A DNA stretch of 64,000 nt, from NCBI GenBank assembly GCA_000406005.1, contig ASZN01000014.1:11309-75308 (forward strand), in the 5' to 3' direction. This stretch comes from Candidatus Poribacteria bacterium WGA-3G (lineage in GTDB: Bacteria > Poribacteria > WGA-4E > WGA-3G). The notes beneath the pieces are model-generated. The model had not been told where the DNA came from. It saw only the letters and a list, made by a program, of their open reading frames with translations, and searched no databases. Shown here piece after piece: positions 63,069 through 64,000 of this stretch (the stretch's first letter is position 1; each line of letters begins with the position of its first letter). The position numbers and the translations under genes were made by a program.

Positions 63069-64000
63069 TTAAATATATCCCGTTGAGCCGTCAGGACGGA
63101 TCGGACAGGTGCGTTGCCAGTGGATGTATTCGTTATCTGTGATCGCTTCTTCGTTCACTTCTACACCTAAACCGGGACGGTCTCGCAATTCCAGATAGCC
63201 GTCTTTCGGCAGATAAGGTTCATCTATCCATTCGGCATCGGTCGGTAGGAGATATTCGAGTATCTTGAAATTCGGGGTTGCGGCGGCGAAATGGACATTG
63301 ACAGCCGTTGCGAGGGGTCCCATCGGGTTGTGCGGTGCGACGCTGACGTAGTGTGCTTCGGCAATCGCGGCGATCTTGCGCATCTCTAACAGTCCGCCAC
63401 AGACACAAATATCTGGTTGGATAATGTCGGCGCCTTGTCCGGCGATGATGTCCAAAAACTCGAAGCGTGTGTAGAGGCATTCCCCGGTCGCGAGGGGTAC
63501 TTGCATCTGGGAACGGAGGCGCGTCCATGCGGGGATGTGTTCGGGACGGAGCGGTTCCTCGTAGAAATAGGGATCGTAGGGTGCGAGTGCGTTAGCGAGT
63601 TGGAGCGCGCGAATCGGTTCAAAGATTTTAGCGTGTGGATCGAAGGCGAATTCCCAATCCTCTGGTGTATTCTTCCGAAGCTGCTCAAAATAGGTCGCTG
63701 CTGCATCGCAGACGCGTCCCCAGCGACTTGCGTCGGGGTCGAGTTTGTAAGGACTGGTCTTGAAAGCGGTAAACCCCCACGCCTCATGAAGTTCGCGTGC
63801 CTGATCTGCGGCTTCGATACCGTCTCTGCCGCCGATGCCGCGGTAGACGCGGACACGGTCGCGTGCGTGTCCCCCGAGGAGCATATAGACCGGCAACCCT
63901 GCCGCCTTCCCGCTTATATCCCAGAGTGCATGATCCACAGCAGAGATGACGGCGAGTCCGGCACCGCCGGGTGGGAAACGGAACTGCTGATGCAGTTTCA
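63069..64000 (-). CDS. enolase-superfamily dehydratase (galactonate dehydratase / mandelate racemase family), 5'-truncated by the window edge
   Basis: Contains ALWDISGKAAGLPVYMLLGG, FDPH, YEEP and IIQPDICVCGGLLE. The frame stays open to nt 64000. Confidence 0.85.
   Translation of the reverse strand, partial: KLHQQFRFPPGGAGLAVISAVDHALWDISGKAAGLPVYMLLGGHARDRVRVYRGIGGRDGIEAADQARELHEAWGFTAFKTSPYKLDPDASRWGRVCDAAATYFEQLRKNTPEDWEFAFDPHAKIFEPIRALQLANALAPYDPYFYEEPLRPEHIPAWTRLRSQMQVPLATGECLYTRFEFLDIIAGQGADIIQPDICVCGGLLEMRKIAAIAEAHYVSVAPHNPMGPLATAVNVHFAAATPNFKILEYLLPTDAEWIDEPYLPKDGYLELRDRPGLGVEVNEEAITDNEYIHWQRTCPIRPDGSTGYI

Noticed and set aside
1-64000. Searched by eye for tRNA T-arm/acceptor signatures, rRNA, RNase P, tmRNA and SRP boxes, transposase or integrase genes and prophage modules.
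   Set aside because: None was recognised. Absence cannot be proven without running tRNAscan or Infernal.

Overview
This 64-kb window looks like chromosomal DNA from an uncultured Gram-negative bacterium. Supporting genes are an lpxC-fabZ fusion, lpxA, lpxI, a TonB-like gene and Tat signals. Secreted WD40 and C-type-lectin proteins, sulfatases, sulfotransferases and T9SS-type C-terminal sorting domains suggest an FCB-group or Poribacteria-like marine or symbiont lineage; that taxonomy is inference only. I call about 55 CDS and find no rRNA, tRNA, CRISPR array, transposase or integrase. All family calls come from reading motifs in the translated ORFs and the DNA; no database search was run. Main content in order: (1) An ECF sigma factor is covalently fused through one TM helix to an extracellular C-type lectin. 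It is followed by a secreted lectin paralogue and a tandem array of secreted WD40 propellers, including a relic of a third copy. (2) Two selenoprotein genes are split or missed by the ORF track because of in-frame TGA. One is a lipoprotein peroxiredoxin-like protein with a GGW-U-PFC motif (10727..11821). The other is an unannotated 76-codon SelW/Rdx-like CxxU gene (28382..28612). Each has a SECIS-like hairpin with a GU-containing loop about 23-27 nt after the UGA. (3) A small accessory islet carries a PcfJ-like gene, an orphan antitoxin copy and a VapBC pair. (4) Housekeeping genes include an E2 acyltransferase, a PspA-ABC module, an orphan DNA methyltransferase, ruvX, mltG and the lipid A genes. 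(5) A roughly 25-kb block of genes all on the minus strand (31.4-56.8 kb) looks like a Wzx/Wzy-type polysaccharide locus. It contains four sulfotransferases, two Tat/dockerin/CTD sulfatases with homogenised 3' ends, a clan GH-A hydrolase and an FG-GAP/ASPIC protein. (6) A Hen1-Pnkp RNA repair operon sits behind a dense array of TGTGACGT boxes. Structure not explained by genes includes four families. Two homologous ~460-bp promoter-bearing noncoding elements show compensatory stem changes and are bounded by CCCC..TTTAG..GGGG hairpins. A conserved intercistronic cassette, TAAC(C)GAACCGCAAGGAAA..ATG, precedes at least four genes. Heptamer (CTGAnnn) tracts abut start codons. Two junction duplications include start codons.
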